Assembly (NCBI GenBank): GCA_051294375.1
Contig: CM119271.1
Coordinates: forward strand, 15,506,770 to 15,570,769
Source: Paraspadella gotoi
Lineage: Eukaryota > Animalia > Chaetognatha
DNA length: 64,000 nt
Direction: 5' to 3'
Under the pieces are notes generated by a model. It had not been told where the DNA came from, did no database searches, and worked only from the letters and a program-made list of their open reading frames with translations. Shown here one piece after another: positions 25,244 through 36,886 of the stretch (position 1 is its first letter; each line of letters begins with the position of its first letter). The translations under genes and the position numbers were made by a program.

Positions 25244-28200
25244 TTAAAAGCAGCGCCGAAAGGAACGAGAGGGGCGGTGACGGCGGCGGCGTCGTGGAGG
25301 TATTGGGCGTCGCGGGCGCCGGAGGCGGCGGGGTTTCTCAAGTCCGTCAATGACGAAGATCGGTGCTCCGGTCGGACGCCGTCGCTGAAACACTGAAATT
25401 TAAATATATAGCGGTTTAATCTCATTTCCATATCGCAGTGTTATGGATATTGATACGGTTATCTCTTAACAATTATTTTTAGGAACATAAAATTGAAACA
25501 AAAGGCTCAAAAATTATTACACAACTAAAAAATCCTTGCAAGCAGCCGAACTAACCTATAATTTAAATTATTTAATAATTAATTCAATAGTAAAATTCAT
25601 CACCCACTTCGTAAGAAACGGCGTAGTTCCCGTTAATGGCGTCGTCGCTGTTAGCCGCCGACAGAATTCTTCGATGACCCGGCGTCGGCGGCGGCTTCAT
25701 CTTCTTTGCCGCCGCTTCCGCCGCCGGAGTCGTCGGCAGAAGCCGCGTCGGCGGGTCGTTGGGCGTGGCGGCCGGAGAGGAGGGCGAAGGGAGATCGACG
25801 TTGATGAGTTGAAGGTTGGAATTGCTCGACCCGGGACTCCGGGTGAATGTGGCCGATCGAGGGATCTTTAAGTCGTCGCCCTTCGCCCGTTTATTTTGTT
25901 GTCGCACTGAAAACAATTTGACAAGAAATGCGTTAATTTACGAAATTAATAACCAAAAAACTCTTTCATTAAACAATACTATGGAGTCTGATTTAAAAAA
26001 AAAAAACACCGCAAAAAAGGCGGGACTGGCAAAGAAGCTCGAGGGTTAAAAATAGGCAACTTCAGTTTCAAATAATCATTCTACCTCGACTGGAGTGAAG
26101 TCGCGTCTATGAACAGTTCAAGAAAGGGAGGAAAGATACAAAGGCGATGCTGACTTAATTGGAGTCGAGACGGAGCAGTGACTCTTAATAAATGATTCGC
26201 TCTACTTTGTTTACTAACCTTGAGAACCTTTGGACTTTTCGGGTCCCATTCGCCGCTTCGTCGGCGTCTCTGCTTTCGATTTGCCTCCATGAGTCACATC
26301 GCCTTTGGTCCCTCGCTGGCGGACCCGCTCCTGTTTCTCCTGGATGAATAGACGAATATTGAATAAATTATAATAATTTGAAATAGAGAGAGAGAGATTC
26401 GGTATCCACCAACCTGTTCCTTTTCGATCTCCCACTCTTTCTTCCTAATCTCAACAAATTCTCGAAAATTCCCGCCTAAAATGAGAAACTTTTCTCCGTT
26501 CTCTTCCTCCCAGCGCGAAATCTCTTCCTCCAACTCTTTCTCCATTTTGGGAAATTTGAGAGAAAACTTTTTTCTCTCTTTTTCCTCCTGGGAAATAAAA
26601 CGATCGTACATTCAGTGTATCTAAATATCAAATGAATAGAAAAATAGCACTTATCAGCGTATTTAAATATGATGAGCAGAAGTAACTCGAGCCCACAAAT
26701 GTACAACAAAGAATCTTAAATAAGATAATATGCAAATGAAATTGAGAACTCGATGGCAATTGAGTTTAGAGGTTACCACGTTTAATACCGCGTAATCTTG
26801 CCTGTAAAAGCCCGGCTCCGCGCCTGGAGAAGCGGTTGGGATCGTTGGCTCTTCGATCGAACTCGATGAACTGTTCCCAAAGGTGGTCCCAGCCTTCGAG
26901 GGCCACGAAAAGGGGAAGGCGTTGGTCGTAGTAAGAGCGGAGTCGCGCCATTTCCGTCTCGTGGGCGTCAAGCAGAGATTCTGGAGGTGAAAAGTAGGCT
27001 TCGGTTCAAAATCGCTCTTATTTCCTCCCTTTGCTTGTTTACTTATTCGAAAAAAACTGAATGGGAATTCACATGATGCTCATAATAAATTAATCATAAA
27101 AACAAAGTGTTAAACAAAGTGTTAAACAAAGTGTTAAACATACTTATAAAACTTGCCACCTGTGATGTTGAGATCGTGAATTTGATGAAACTCGTTCTGT
27201 TCTTCGTTCAAGTAACACTTGATCCAATGATCTCGGATGTCGTCGCGAATTTTGGACGTGAAACGATCAAGATTCGCGAGTCGCTCTTCCTCCAGATTCT
27301 CCACCTTATGATATGAAATTAAAAATTATTACACTAACGATATCATTATTATATGTAAATAGTAAACCTGATTCCTATAGTTAAAGATGACGGCGTCCCT
27401 GCATCCGCGGTTTTCACTCAAAAAGGTCGTCAACTCTTCCTCGTCTCGACCCAAGCGGCGCCACAAATCTTGCAGGCGTCGATCGAGTCTGGATATCGTG
27501 CTACGCCGCGCATGACGGACGGATTCCAGGTCTGACGGTGAGGGGGAAGAGAAAATGTCAGGATGAGTGATGATAACTGACGATCAAAGAATCGGGATCT
27601 CTTTTCAAAAATTACCAGATTTCCGTTCCTTTATCTAAAAACTAAATTTTTAAGGATTTTAACCTCAATTTATTACTAACCATAACCCAATTCTTAAACT
27701 TAAATCCTTCACCCTAACCCGAAATCCCAAACCATAATCAGTGAATCAGTAACCTAATTTTTAACCACAATGCTTACCTAATTCTCAATCTTAAATTTAA
27801 TTTTTAAATAACAAAATTTAATTCCGAAATTAAAATATAATTAGGCGTTCTTTAAAAATATGGCAAAGGCAAAGGCAAAGGCTCGTCGGATCTACTCACG
27901 ATCGATGTAGCGTTCAAGTTGTTCTAAAACTTCATCGGCCAGACTCACGGCCTTTTTGTCTTCGTTGAGCAGCAAAGCCAAGTTTTCATCCGGCGGGGCC
28001 GACTCCTCGTCAGGAAGTTTGGCGGGAAAGGCGCCGGGAAGGGAGCCCACCTCCGCCAGAATATCCAAGATTTTTCGGCGTGACGTTTCAAAACGAGTCT
28101 TTTGTCAGAAAAGGTAATGTCATTTAAGTTAATATTGGTGGGAAATTGTGAAGATTTATCTTTCTATAGCCGCAAACTACCGACCCGCCACTCGACTATT

Positions 28201-29798
28201 GACCGGCCACTCGACTATTGACCCGCCACTCGACCATTACTCGACTCACCTCTCTATTCTCGACCCGCTCTTTCAACTCCCCAACTCTCTCCTCCAAATC
28301 CTCGAGTTCCTTCGGCGTCGGAACTAAACTCGACTCGTCGAGAGTCTCGTCGCGTCGAGGAGGAAGACCGAGGCGATGGAGAAGGGAAGACTCTTGACCG
28401 AGTAAAGACCATTGCCTTTCTAACCTTTATATAAAAGAAAAGAAAGGAATTAAATCAATTAAATCGGTATAACCAATATAGAAATTATCCAGTCATTTAA
28501 TAAATATTAAATAAGCTATGTTGCCCGATTTGGAGGGTAAAAAGCCTCTATCTAAAATGAATGAATGAATTTATATGAATAAATGAATTTATAATAATAA
28601 TATAAAAAATGGTTAAACCTGCGATTCTTCTCCTCCTTTAGCCTCTTGACTTCGACGGGAAGGAGATTTTTGAGTTGAAAGACTGAGGCTTCGTCGGGTG
28701 GCCATCGAGGAGTCATTCCAAGCTCGGAGCTCATCGTCGTGATTTGGTTTGTAAACTGGGAATAGGGCAGTATAATATATGTCACGATTCCGTCTCCATC
28801 ATATAAAAATACCAATATACTAATTTACTAACCATATACATATTTAAATCTTGTAGCAGGTTAAAATGTGTCCCTTAATCTCATTTGCATAGTGTGTTTT
28901 AATAAAATTCTGGCGACTCTTAATGACCCATCTTCACCCAAGAATATTAAAGCCCCGAGCGTAATCGTCGTCCTCCACTGCCTTCTTCATTTTTTTATTT
29001 TCAACACACCGAAAAAAAATTGGATCGATTATCTACGACCTCACATTTAATATTTGAATAAAGTTCATTTACAGTAGATCATTAAAAATTGATAGCAATA
29101 ATACAAGTGTTTACCGTTGAAGATACAGTAATAATTGTTACGAGTTAGTGACAGAACCGTTCAATGTAAGCACTAAGCAGTCCCTGAGCTTCGGATCAGG
29201 CTGTAACACCGTGTTACAGGCGGGTTAAGCGCCCCGTCCCTCTTAGCTGCGAGGCGATCACCGGGCAAGAAACCCGAACCTTTGGGTTCAAAGACTTCAG
29301 TCCTTCATCGCAAACTATTAGATTTTCATTAATTTAAGTTAAATTAAATTTCCGTATTAAATTACCTCTTGTACGTTCTTCTTGGTCTTGGCGACCATGA
29401 TCTCTTCCTCTTTGGCCATCTCCGAGACGAAATCGGCCAAATGCGTGGCCATCGTCGCCGCGCGTTTGGCCAGTGATTTCTCGTCGAAGCCGAATTCCCG
29501 CCAGGCGGCGAAGAGTCGCTGCGTGCTGGGGGGAAAGGCCAAAGAGATGGCGTGCTGGGGGAGGGAGGCGAATAGTAAAGCAGGTTAGGGTAATTCGCTT
29601 GACCCCAATTAGTCATTATATTCTACAAAAATTTTCTACAGCATTTAAATTTCATATAGTTTTTACCGCGGGGTTTCATTAACTTAATATTAATAAAAAG
29701 ACTACGTAGTCTAAACTTCTTTTCTCCCCTCCCCCTCAACTTTTCACCTCCAAAACTTCCTCCATCCTATTCACATCGCGAACGGCGACGTCTGTCAT
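25244..29798 (-). CDS. PRC1: Protein regulator of cytokinesis 1 (Ase1/PRC1/MAP65), ~13 exons; C-terminal frame uncertain
   Basis: MTDVAVRDV...; ESLLDAHETEMARLRSYY; RANDPNRFSRRGAGLLQ|EEKERKK..FPKMEKELEEEISRWEEENGEKFLI. Confidence 0.85.
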
Positions 29799-30261
29799 CT
29801 TGGCGACGACGACGACAACAACAACAAATACACCAAAGGCGATTATCACAAAAGGGCTTTTTCCTCCTTCATCACAGAGTTGCGAGAGAGAGAGCAAGGT
29901 CTCAAGCCATTTCTAAGAAATAATCCAAGAGAAATAAAAATAAATGGACAACGATACAAATGTAAAAAGTGAAAACTAAAAAAGGCAGAGAGGTTGATGT
30001 AAAAATATATAAAATGACATTCGCGGTAAAAGCGACGGTTCGTACAAATTTTCGACATGAATATAAAAAATAATTGATATAAGTTATTATTAAATACTGG
30101 TAAATTTTAAAAAACGAAAAATAAGGCGGAATGTGTTAAAGAAAATCACCATGTAGCCTATATCACAACAAAAAAGGTTGTTACAACTAAATAAAATTTT
30201 AGGTTCGTGTAGATATCCACCAAAAAAGGCAGCGAATCACAGAATCACAGTGACCGAATCT

Positions 30262-33200
30262 TCACGGAATGAGGGCCACTGAAGTGCTGTTCCTGAACAA
30301 AAACTCGTCCTTGACGGGCAACAGCAACTGAGCGAGTCGATCCGCGGACGAGAATGTCGAGAGCAGCGTGTCGACGCACTGACCAAACTGGGCGCGGCTC
30401 AGGCTCTTGTCGCAACGGATCGGGTGAAAGACGTGGACGAGGGAGACGTCGACGACCCGCTGCACTTCCAACTCTGTCCGCTGGAGGATCTTGTCGCAGA
30501 GGTCAGCGTCCTCGCCGCCCCATCCGCGAATGCCCAGATCGAAGCCGCCCGCCGCCGTCAGGTCGGATTTGTAGAGGGCGACCATGCCGAAGCTGAATTG
30601 ACGCCAATAGCCGGAGACGTCGCCCAGGCGCCGGTCGGTGAGGAAGTTGGGACGAAGGCGCCAGGCGGGGGAAAGAGGAGGAGGAGGATGCGAATGATTG
30701 GATGATGAATCGACGACGACGTACTCGGGATCGAACTGGGAATACATTATTGGGTAGTAGACCTGAACGATATAAAGGGGGCAAGTTATTTAATTAAATA
30801 ATGAATAAATGGCTTATTATTGATTACCTTCTTCCCCCTGACGGCGTTGAGGCGCGCTCGATCGACGAGGCCGGAGTCGAAGACGAGATCGACGTCGCAG
30901 AGGAAAAGGAGATCGGAGTCGCGATGGAAGGCGGCGCCGATCTCGAGGCCGACGCCGCGACTGAAGGAGGAAAAAAGAAAAGAGAAAAGAAAAAGGAATT
31001 AAAATTAGAGGAAATGGAGGAAAAGTTTAATGATAAATGATTAATAATTTATATATATTAATATTTATATATAATTAATATTAATAAATAATAAATTATT
31101 AATGATAAATTTAAAAAATAAAATAAAATTCTTCCGCCCCCCTTCAATTCTAACCTAAAATCCCCCTTGGCAAAGACGAGCCTCATCTCCTCCGCCGGAC
31201 GCCTACTCCGTCGAATGGCGGCGAAGAGCGCCTCCGTCTCGGCGATCCGGTCCTTTGCCGGATCCCCCGCCGAGAAAAGAACCACGGTGAGGCCGCAGCG
31301 CTGCCCGGCCGCCGTCTCCGGCGCCAGACATGTCTCGTCGAATCGGCGCATGAATCTCTCGAAGTTGAGAAAGCGACCGGCGAGGGCGAGAACGAAGTAG
31401 ACCGGCTCAAGGGCGGGAAGGCGAGAGACGGGTCCGCCGCCGATTCGGAGAAAGGCGACGGAGCGTAGAAGGGTCTCGGCCCAAGAAGAAGGGACGGGCG
31501 TGACGACGTCCGGGATTTGTCCGCGCCATTTGCCCGCTTCTACCTCGGCTTCGCGCCATTCTAGTCGGGCGAAGGACTGGCGAAGTCGGGCCAACCATCG
31601 CGTGGAAAAGGTTTCTTTCTTCCCGAGGAATTTGCGGTAGACGAGAGAAAATTCGACAGCGAAGTCGACGCCTCGAAGAATATCGAGACGGGAGTAACCG
31701 TTGCGGACTTCCTTAAGTTTAAACACGAAATTATTTTTTTTTCGTTCAATCATTTTGAAGAACTTTTTTATTTTAAATTTTTTGAGTTGCGCCGCGTTTT
31801 ACTCGCGAGACAACTCTATGAGACACTTGGTCGGTCGGTTAGTCTGTCTTACTAAAGTAAACTCTAATCTGGTAATGATATATAATTTTAAATATTTATT
31901 GATACAATAATTATTATTTGATAATCTTGCACTGTTGTAATCTGTTGTAAATACGGCATGATTAATTACATACTGATTTATTTGAATTAATAAAAGTCAT
32001 ATATCATTGTTTTATAATGTACATTTTATATATTCATAAAATCATATGGAAATGCGGGCATTCAATCACAAATCACAAATCAGGCAACCAACCTTAATGC
32101 TTAACTGCCTCCCGACTCTCGCCGCGTTTCTATTTATGATCGTGGTTAACCGACGCTCGATGCCCTGCCAGGCCGAGCGCCGGTGCAGAGTGTAGCCCCG
32201 TCGAGGATTGTCGGTTCCTGAGGAGCAGACGGCCCACTTGTTAAAGTTGTCCCAGATTCCCTCGTCCTGGCGACGACGAGGGGCGTCGTCCGTCCCGCGA
32301 GGGTCGAGTGCCGCCGCCACCTCTTCCACCGCCTGCTTCATTTTCACCGTCCTGTGTAGCAGATTAACCTTTTCTTCATTTTAATCGAGTTCAATCTCAT
32401 TTGCATATTGTAGCATTTTATTTTTAGATTATTTCTTAAATAAAGAAAGTTTGTAATGGAGTGTGACAACGAATTCTTATATCTTTTAATATATTTTAGT
32501 ATTTTGAACATACTTTTAATAAAGTAATAACGATTCAATAAAATAGTATTTAGATATTATATTGGTTGTACCAATTTCATAGTAAAATTGTAGCTTTACA
32601 AATACAAATATTTTTCTTTCTCCCCACAAGCCACAACCTGTGCCTGGCGTCGTCGATCTTCAAGCGCAGAAAATGACTCCAGAGCCAAAACTGATATTGA
32701 TGTCGCTTGACCGGATGGAGGGAAATGGACCGCTCTACCTCGGCCGCGCTCAGATCCCCGGTGTAAGAGGCCGCGTCGGATCCGTTGTGGTAAAACATCT
32801 TGCGCATCTCGTAGTTGCGAGTGCAGGGAATCCGGGCGTGTTTGAACACGCAGCGGCCCACTTCGACGTCTTCGTGGTAGCTGCGAAATATTTATATTAT
32901 ATAAAAAGTTATTTAACTTAAAGATAAACCGGTATTATTTTAATGATTTCAAAACGTTAATTAAACTTAAAAACCTAAAGATATTGTTCCTGAGACAATC
33001 TTGAATGTTGGGTCCGATGAGTTTGATGGTGGCGCGAGAGAAGACCATCCCAGGTCCGCCCATACAAAAATTCTCTCCCTCCTCCAGATGGAGTTTTCCG
33101 ATTTCTTCGGTGTTGCCGACTCCGCGCTGTCCGATGTACCAGGATTTGGAGGAGTCGATGGAGCGGAGGAACGACTCCAGTTTGTCCATCCTGGGGTATG

Positions 33201-34145
33201 GACGGGAGTGGAGTGGGGGAGAAATAAAAGATTGTCTAATTTGTCTTAATTTGTTTTCCTATTCAAATTTATATTCAACCACAAAAACTCGAATACAAAC
33301 TCGCCTAAAATGGACATCGTCGTCCGCCCTGAGGAACCACTCGAACTTGTCGATGCATCGGTCGTACATGTACTTAAGCATGAGGAAGGACTTCTTCTGC
33401 GGCGGGTAAGAGTCGTCCACACCGGGCAGAGAGACGACGGGCAAATCGGGCGGGCGCCCGTCGCCGGAAGAAGTAGAAGAGAAGAAAGCTATTCTGAGAA
33501 CGTGAATACTAAGTGGTAAATCTGGAGGGCGTCCACACATCTCCCCTCCCCCACAATCTCTAATCCACACCTGCCCGGCACGTCTTGGCCCCAAGTGCGA
33601 AAAACGGCCGAAGCTCGCGTAGACAAAAACATCTCCGCGGTCAACACCCCCACAAAGAGAAAGCCGCCGGGGGCGGCCGAAGCGCAGGGGTCGAAGTCGT
33701 AGGAACTTGGACGGATTAAAGGCTGCGGCTTCGGGCGCAGCGGCGCGGGCGTCGGCGGCGGCCGAGGCAGCGGCGACCAGGAATCCGGATTTGGATCCGG
33801 AAATCTCGGCGCCCTTCGCAGAGACACGAGGTAGAAGCGGTGGAGGGCGGCGCCGACGACGAAGCCGACGAGGAGTTTGAAGGCGAAGAGGAGAGAGTTG
33901 TGACGAAGACGACGAAGGAATCGACGGAGAGTCGAAGGCGACGACGACGACGACGACGACGAGGAATCATCCGTCGACGATCGACGAGCGATGGGTCCAC
34001 CCCGAGTAGAAGACTTTTCCGTCGGCGACGGCGTTGAGTCCGGGTCCGAGTCTTCCAAGGCTCGGTTGTTGTTGTTGTCCTCGCGAAGTTCTCGATCGGA
34101 GAGATTGTGGGCGAGCCTTTCGGAGTTCCACGAGGTTTTCATCAT
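30262..34145 (-). CDS. CHSY1: Chondroitin sulfate synthase 1 (sqv-5 type), 8 exons
   Basis: TM segment; FLFVGVLTA; VDDSYPPQKKSFLMLKY; WFLRADDDV; FCMGGPG; HEDVEVGRC; FLCDVDL; YYPIMYSQF; GFDLGIRGWGGED; HVFH. Confidence 0.95.
31779..31850 (+). mobile_element. Helentron/HINE-like 5' fragment in a CHSY1 intron
   Basis: T-run, hairpin, ACTCTAT..CAC..GGTCGGTCGGT; similar to the reverse complement of 44355-44437. Confidence 0.45.
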
Positions 34146-34495
34146 AGAAATGTTTACAAGAGGTAGTTTTTTGTTTTTTTTGTGTTTTTTTTTGTATAGA
34201 AAACAAATTAACTGAAAGAGAGGAAACACTAAACGTGAAAATAAATGCTCTTCTATCTTCGGGTAAAAGAAACGATTGCTGGCCGCTGATTGGCTGGACG
34301 GAGATAATAGAGAAAAAAAGAAAACATCGAAGGAAGTTAAATATCACGAATTCGGAAAACAACGAATGAAAATTAAAAAAAAAAATTAATGTAAATCGAC
34401 GGCCAAACCCAAAAACAAAGTAGTAATGATAATGACGATTATTAATTTTCGGTCACGCCCCCTTCCGGGCCACGCCTACTCCGGAAGCGCGGCCT

Positions 34496-35751
34496 TCAAT
34501 CTCCGACGCGTCGGAAGTCGTCGACGACGTCGAATTCGAAGAGACCCGGAATCCCGCAGGTCTTGCAGAGTTCGTTGTCCATCAGCATCTTGACGTTGAA
34601 GTGGACGGGACACGCTTTGCGCACGCGGCCGTGGTAGGCGTTTCCGCAAATGCGGCACACCACCTGGAGGAAAGGGGGAGAAGAGATAAGGACAGAAGAG
34701 AAACAGAAAAGGGAGACAGCAAAGATAATGACGGGGGAGAGATGTGACAAAGGATAGAGACAGAGAAGTAGGACAGAAGAGAGACACAGAAGAGAAAGAG
34801 AAGAGAGAAGAAAGATAGAAAAGAGGCTCCCTCTCACCTTCTTCTTATTCCTGTAGCAGACGCAGTCGGGATGATCGAGCAAATAAGGAGTCGACGGCGA
34901 CGAAATCGTCGAACCCGAAAAACTCGAGCGACGCGATCGTCCGCTCGGCGTCGTTGTCCCGGGCGTCTGAGGAGAGGAGAGATCAACTCTTTTTTTTAAA
35001 GGGAATATTGGCTATATATAAATTATACTATATAATATAACATTATAATTGATATAATCGGGCTTTTTTCTGACCACGCATAGTTCCAAATAGACTACTC
35101 GACCGAATATGTTGAAATCTATGGAAATACAAATAGAACTATCAGGGAATTCCAATATTTGACCACTGAGCCTTGTGGGGCAACAAATAATCAAGAATTT
35201 AGCCCCAGGGCTCTGTATCTCATCTCAGGGGTTGTATATCAAAAATCGCCTCGATAGTTCTATATATTTAGTCATTAAGACTATGTATGTATATATGTAA
35301 AATTTCATAAAATTTAATCAGATAGTTTGGTGGAAACCGTGTCTGGTCAGAAAAAAAAGATATCATTTTATAATAGGATAATTTTATAATTTTCTAATAA
35401 TTCTGTAATTAATATAATAAAATAGTAGAAAATTCCATCTCTCCCTCTCCTCTCCCAGACCGAAGGCGGCGTCGAGGCTGCCGCCCCGAAACGCGAGTCG
35501 TCGTCGGCGTCCTCGAACCGCGCCGCGTCCGCCCCGCCCGGCGACACCGGCGTCAGAGGCGCCGACGCCAAATGATCCAATTGCGCGACGCGGCGTCGGA
35601 GGATCGCCATCGCCGTCTCGTCTTCGTTGCGCGTGGGGAGAAATCGAGCACGACCGCGTCCGATCGGGCGGGGGGAGTCGAGCGGAGGGGCGAAGGAAGA
35701 CGGGCGGAGTGGAGGCATCGCGGACGATCCCATCGGCGGTGAGGTAGACAT
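34496..35751 (-). CDS. Uncharacterised protein with a C-terminal Cys/His-rich domain resembling Drosophila CG13380, 3 exons
   Basis: DCVCYRNKKK|VVCRICGNAYHGRVRKACPVHFNVKMLMDNELCKTC; one probable 1-bp error near 35485. Confidence 0.6.
35066..35358. mobile_element. Possible short MITE in an intron
   Basis: 13-bp inverted ends TTTTTTCTGACCA / TGGTCAGAAAAAA; no clear TSD. Confidence 0.35.
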
Positions 35752-36886
35752 TTTTTTTGGTATGGGAAACGTAACTAGAGAGCTAAGCTTGTACAAATCA
35801 TGAAGACAAACTATCTGGATCTAATTGCGTAAAGAGAAATAAGAAAACGAAAAAAAAAACTGAGGAAAGGCCAATTGAAAACGCAAAACGTTTTTTTTTA
35901 TCTAAATAATCGTCATTTCGGTACAAAAAGAAAAAGAAGAAAGATGCGATGGCGATTAGAGAAAAAAAAAAGTTCGAAAAGCGAACGAAATTTAAAAGGA
36001 ATTAAAAAATAAAATAAGCGGACGAGAGGTAAGGTCAGGTCGGACGCGCGGCGGCGGCGGGAGGGGCATTTCTCGATCAGGGTTCAGGTTGGAGACGAAA
36101 AATCATTTTTTTAAACGAATGGATGGATGAGAGAGAAAATTGAACTGGAAGAAGCGATAGATTCGACTATTGATTTACTAATAAATAAATAAATAAAACT
36201 ATTTAGGATTAAAGTCTCGAGCCTCTTTACCCGAATGACTCACCCGCGCAAAATTTCAATAACAAAAAGGAGAAGAAAAAAAAACCGGTTTTTTTGCTTC
36301 AACGAAAAAATCGAAAGCCGAAGATCGAAACCTGATTCTCTCAAGTACAGATTAAATCCTCAATCACGAGGTTCTTTTGTTTTGTTTTTTTTTCCTTTAA
36401 TAATATTCTATATTTATTTCTTTAGTTAAACTATTAAAAAAGCTAAAAATTGAACGGTTATTTTGACAGGTAAAAGAAACTTGAAATATCCTATTTATGA
36501 AACAATGAAAATCTGAAAGGATACTGTCAGGATAAGAGCCAAGGCTACGAAGGTAGCAAATTTTTGTTAAAAATTGCATTTTGAGAATTTGTAAAACCGT
36601 TGAAAGGTTTTAATAAATTTTGACATGGTTTGGTCCAGAATTTGTTTAATCAGTAAAAGATTATCATGGTAAGTTTTAGTTCTGGTTAAAAATTGACAAA
36701 TTACTGTGAGGTAAGTGATAGTCGGTCTAAGCCCATTCGGCGGGAGATAAAGATAAGGAAATGCTTTTGAGAAACCAACTCAAGTCTTAAGACTTAAGTT
36801 GTTTTTTCTTTTCCTCTATTTTCTCTCCCCCCTTCCATCTTTTTCCATCTTTTTCCATCTTCTTCCATCTCCTTCCATCTTCTTCC

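Larger units (their letters stand above)
8835..29710. repeat. ~10-kb inverted duplication (arms 8835-~19175 and 19879-29710; ~700-bp spacer); bases 1-4947 are a third copy of ~15178-19878
   Basis: PRC1, Ly6 and NDUFA5 occur on + and then mirrored on -; inversion junction at 19878/19879 inside TSFM exon 2. Confidence 0.95.

Noticed and set aside
27705-27735. Telomere-like CCCTAACCC
   Set aside because: Single unit, no array
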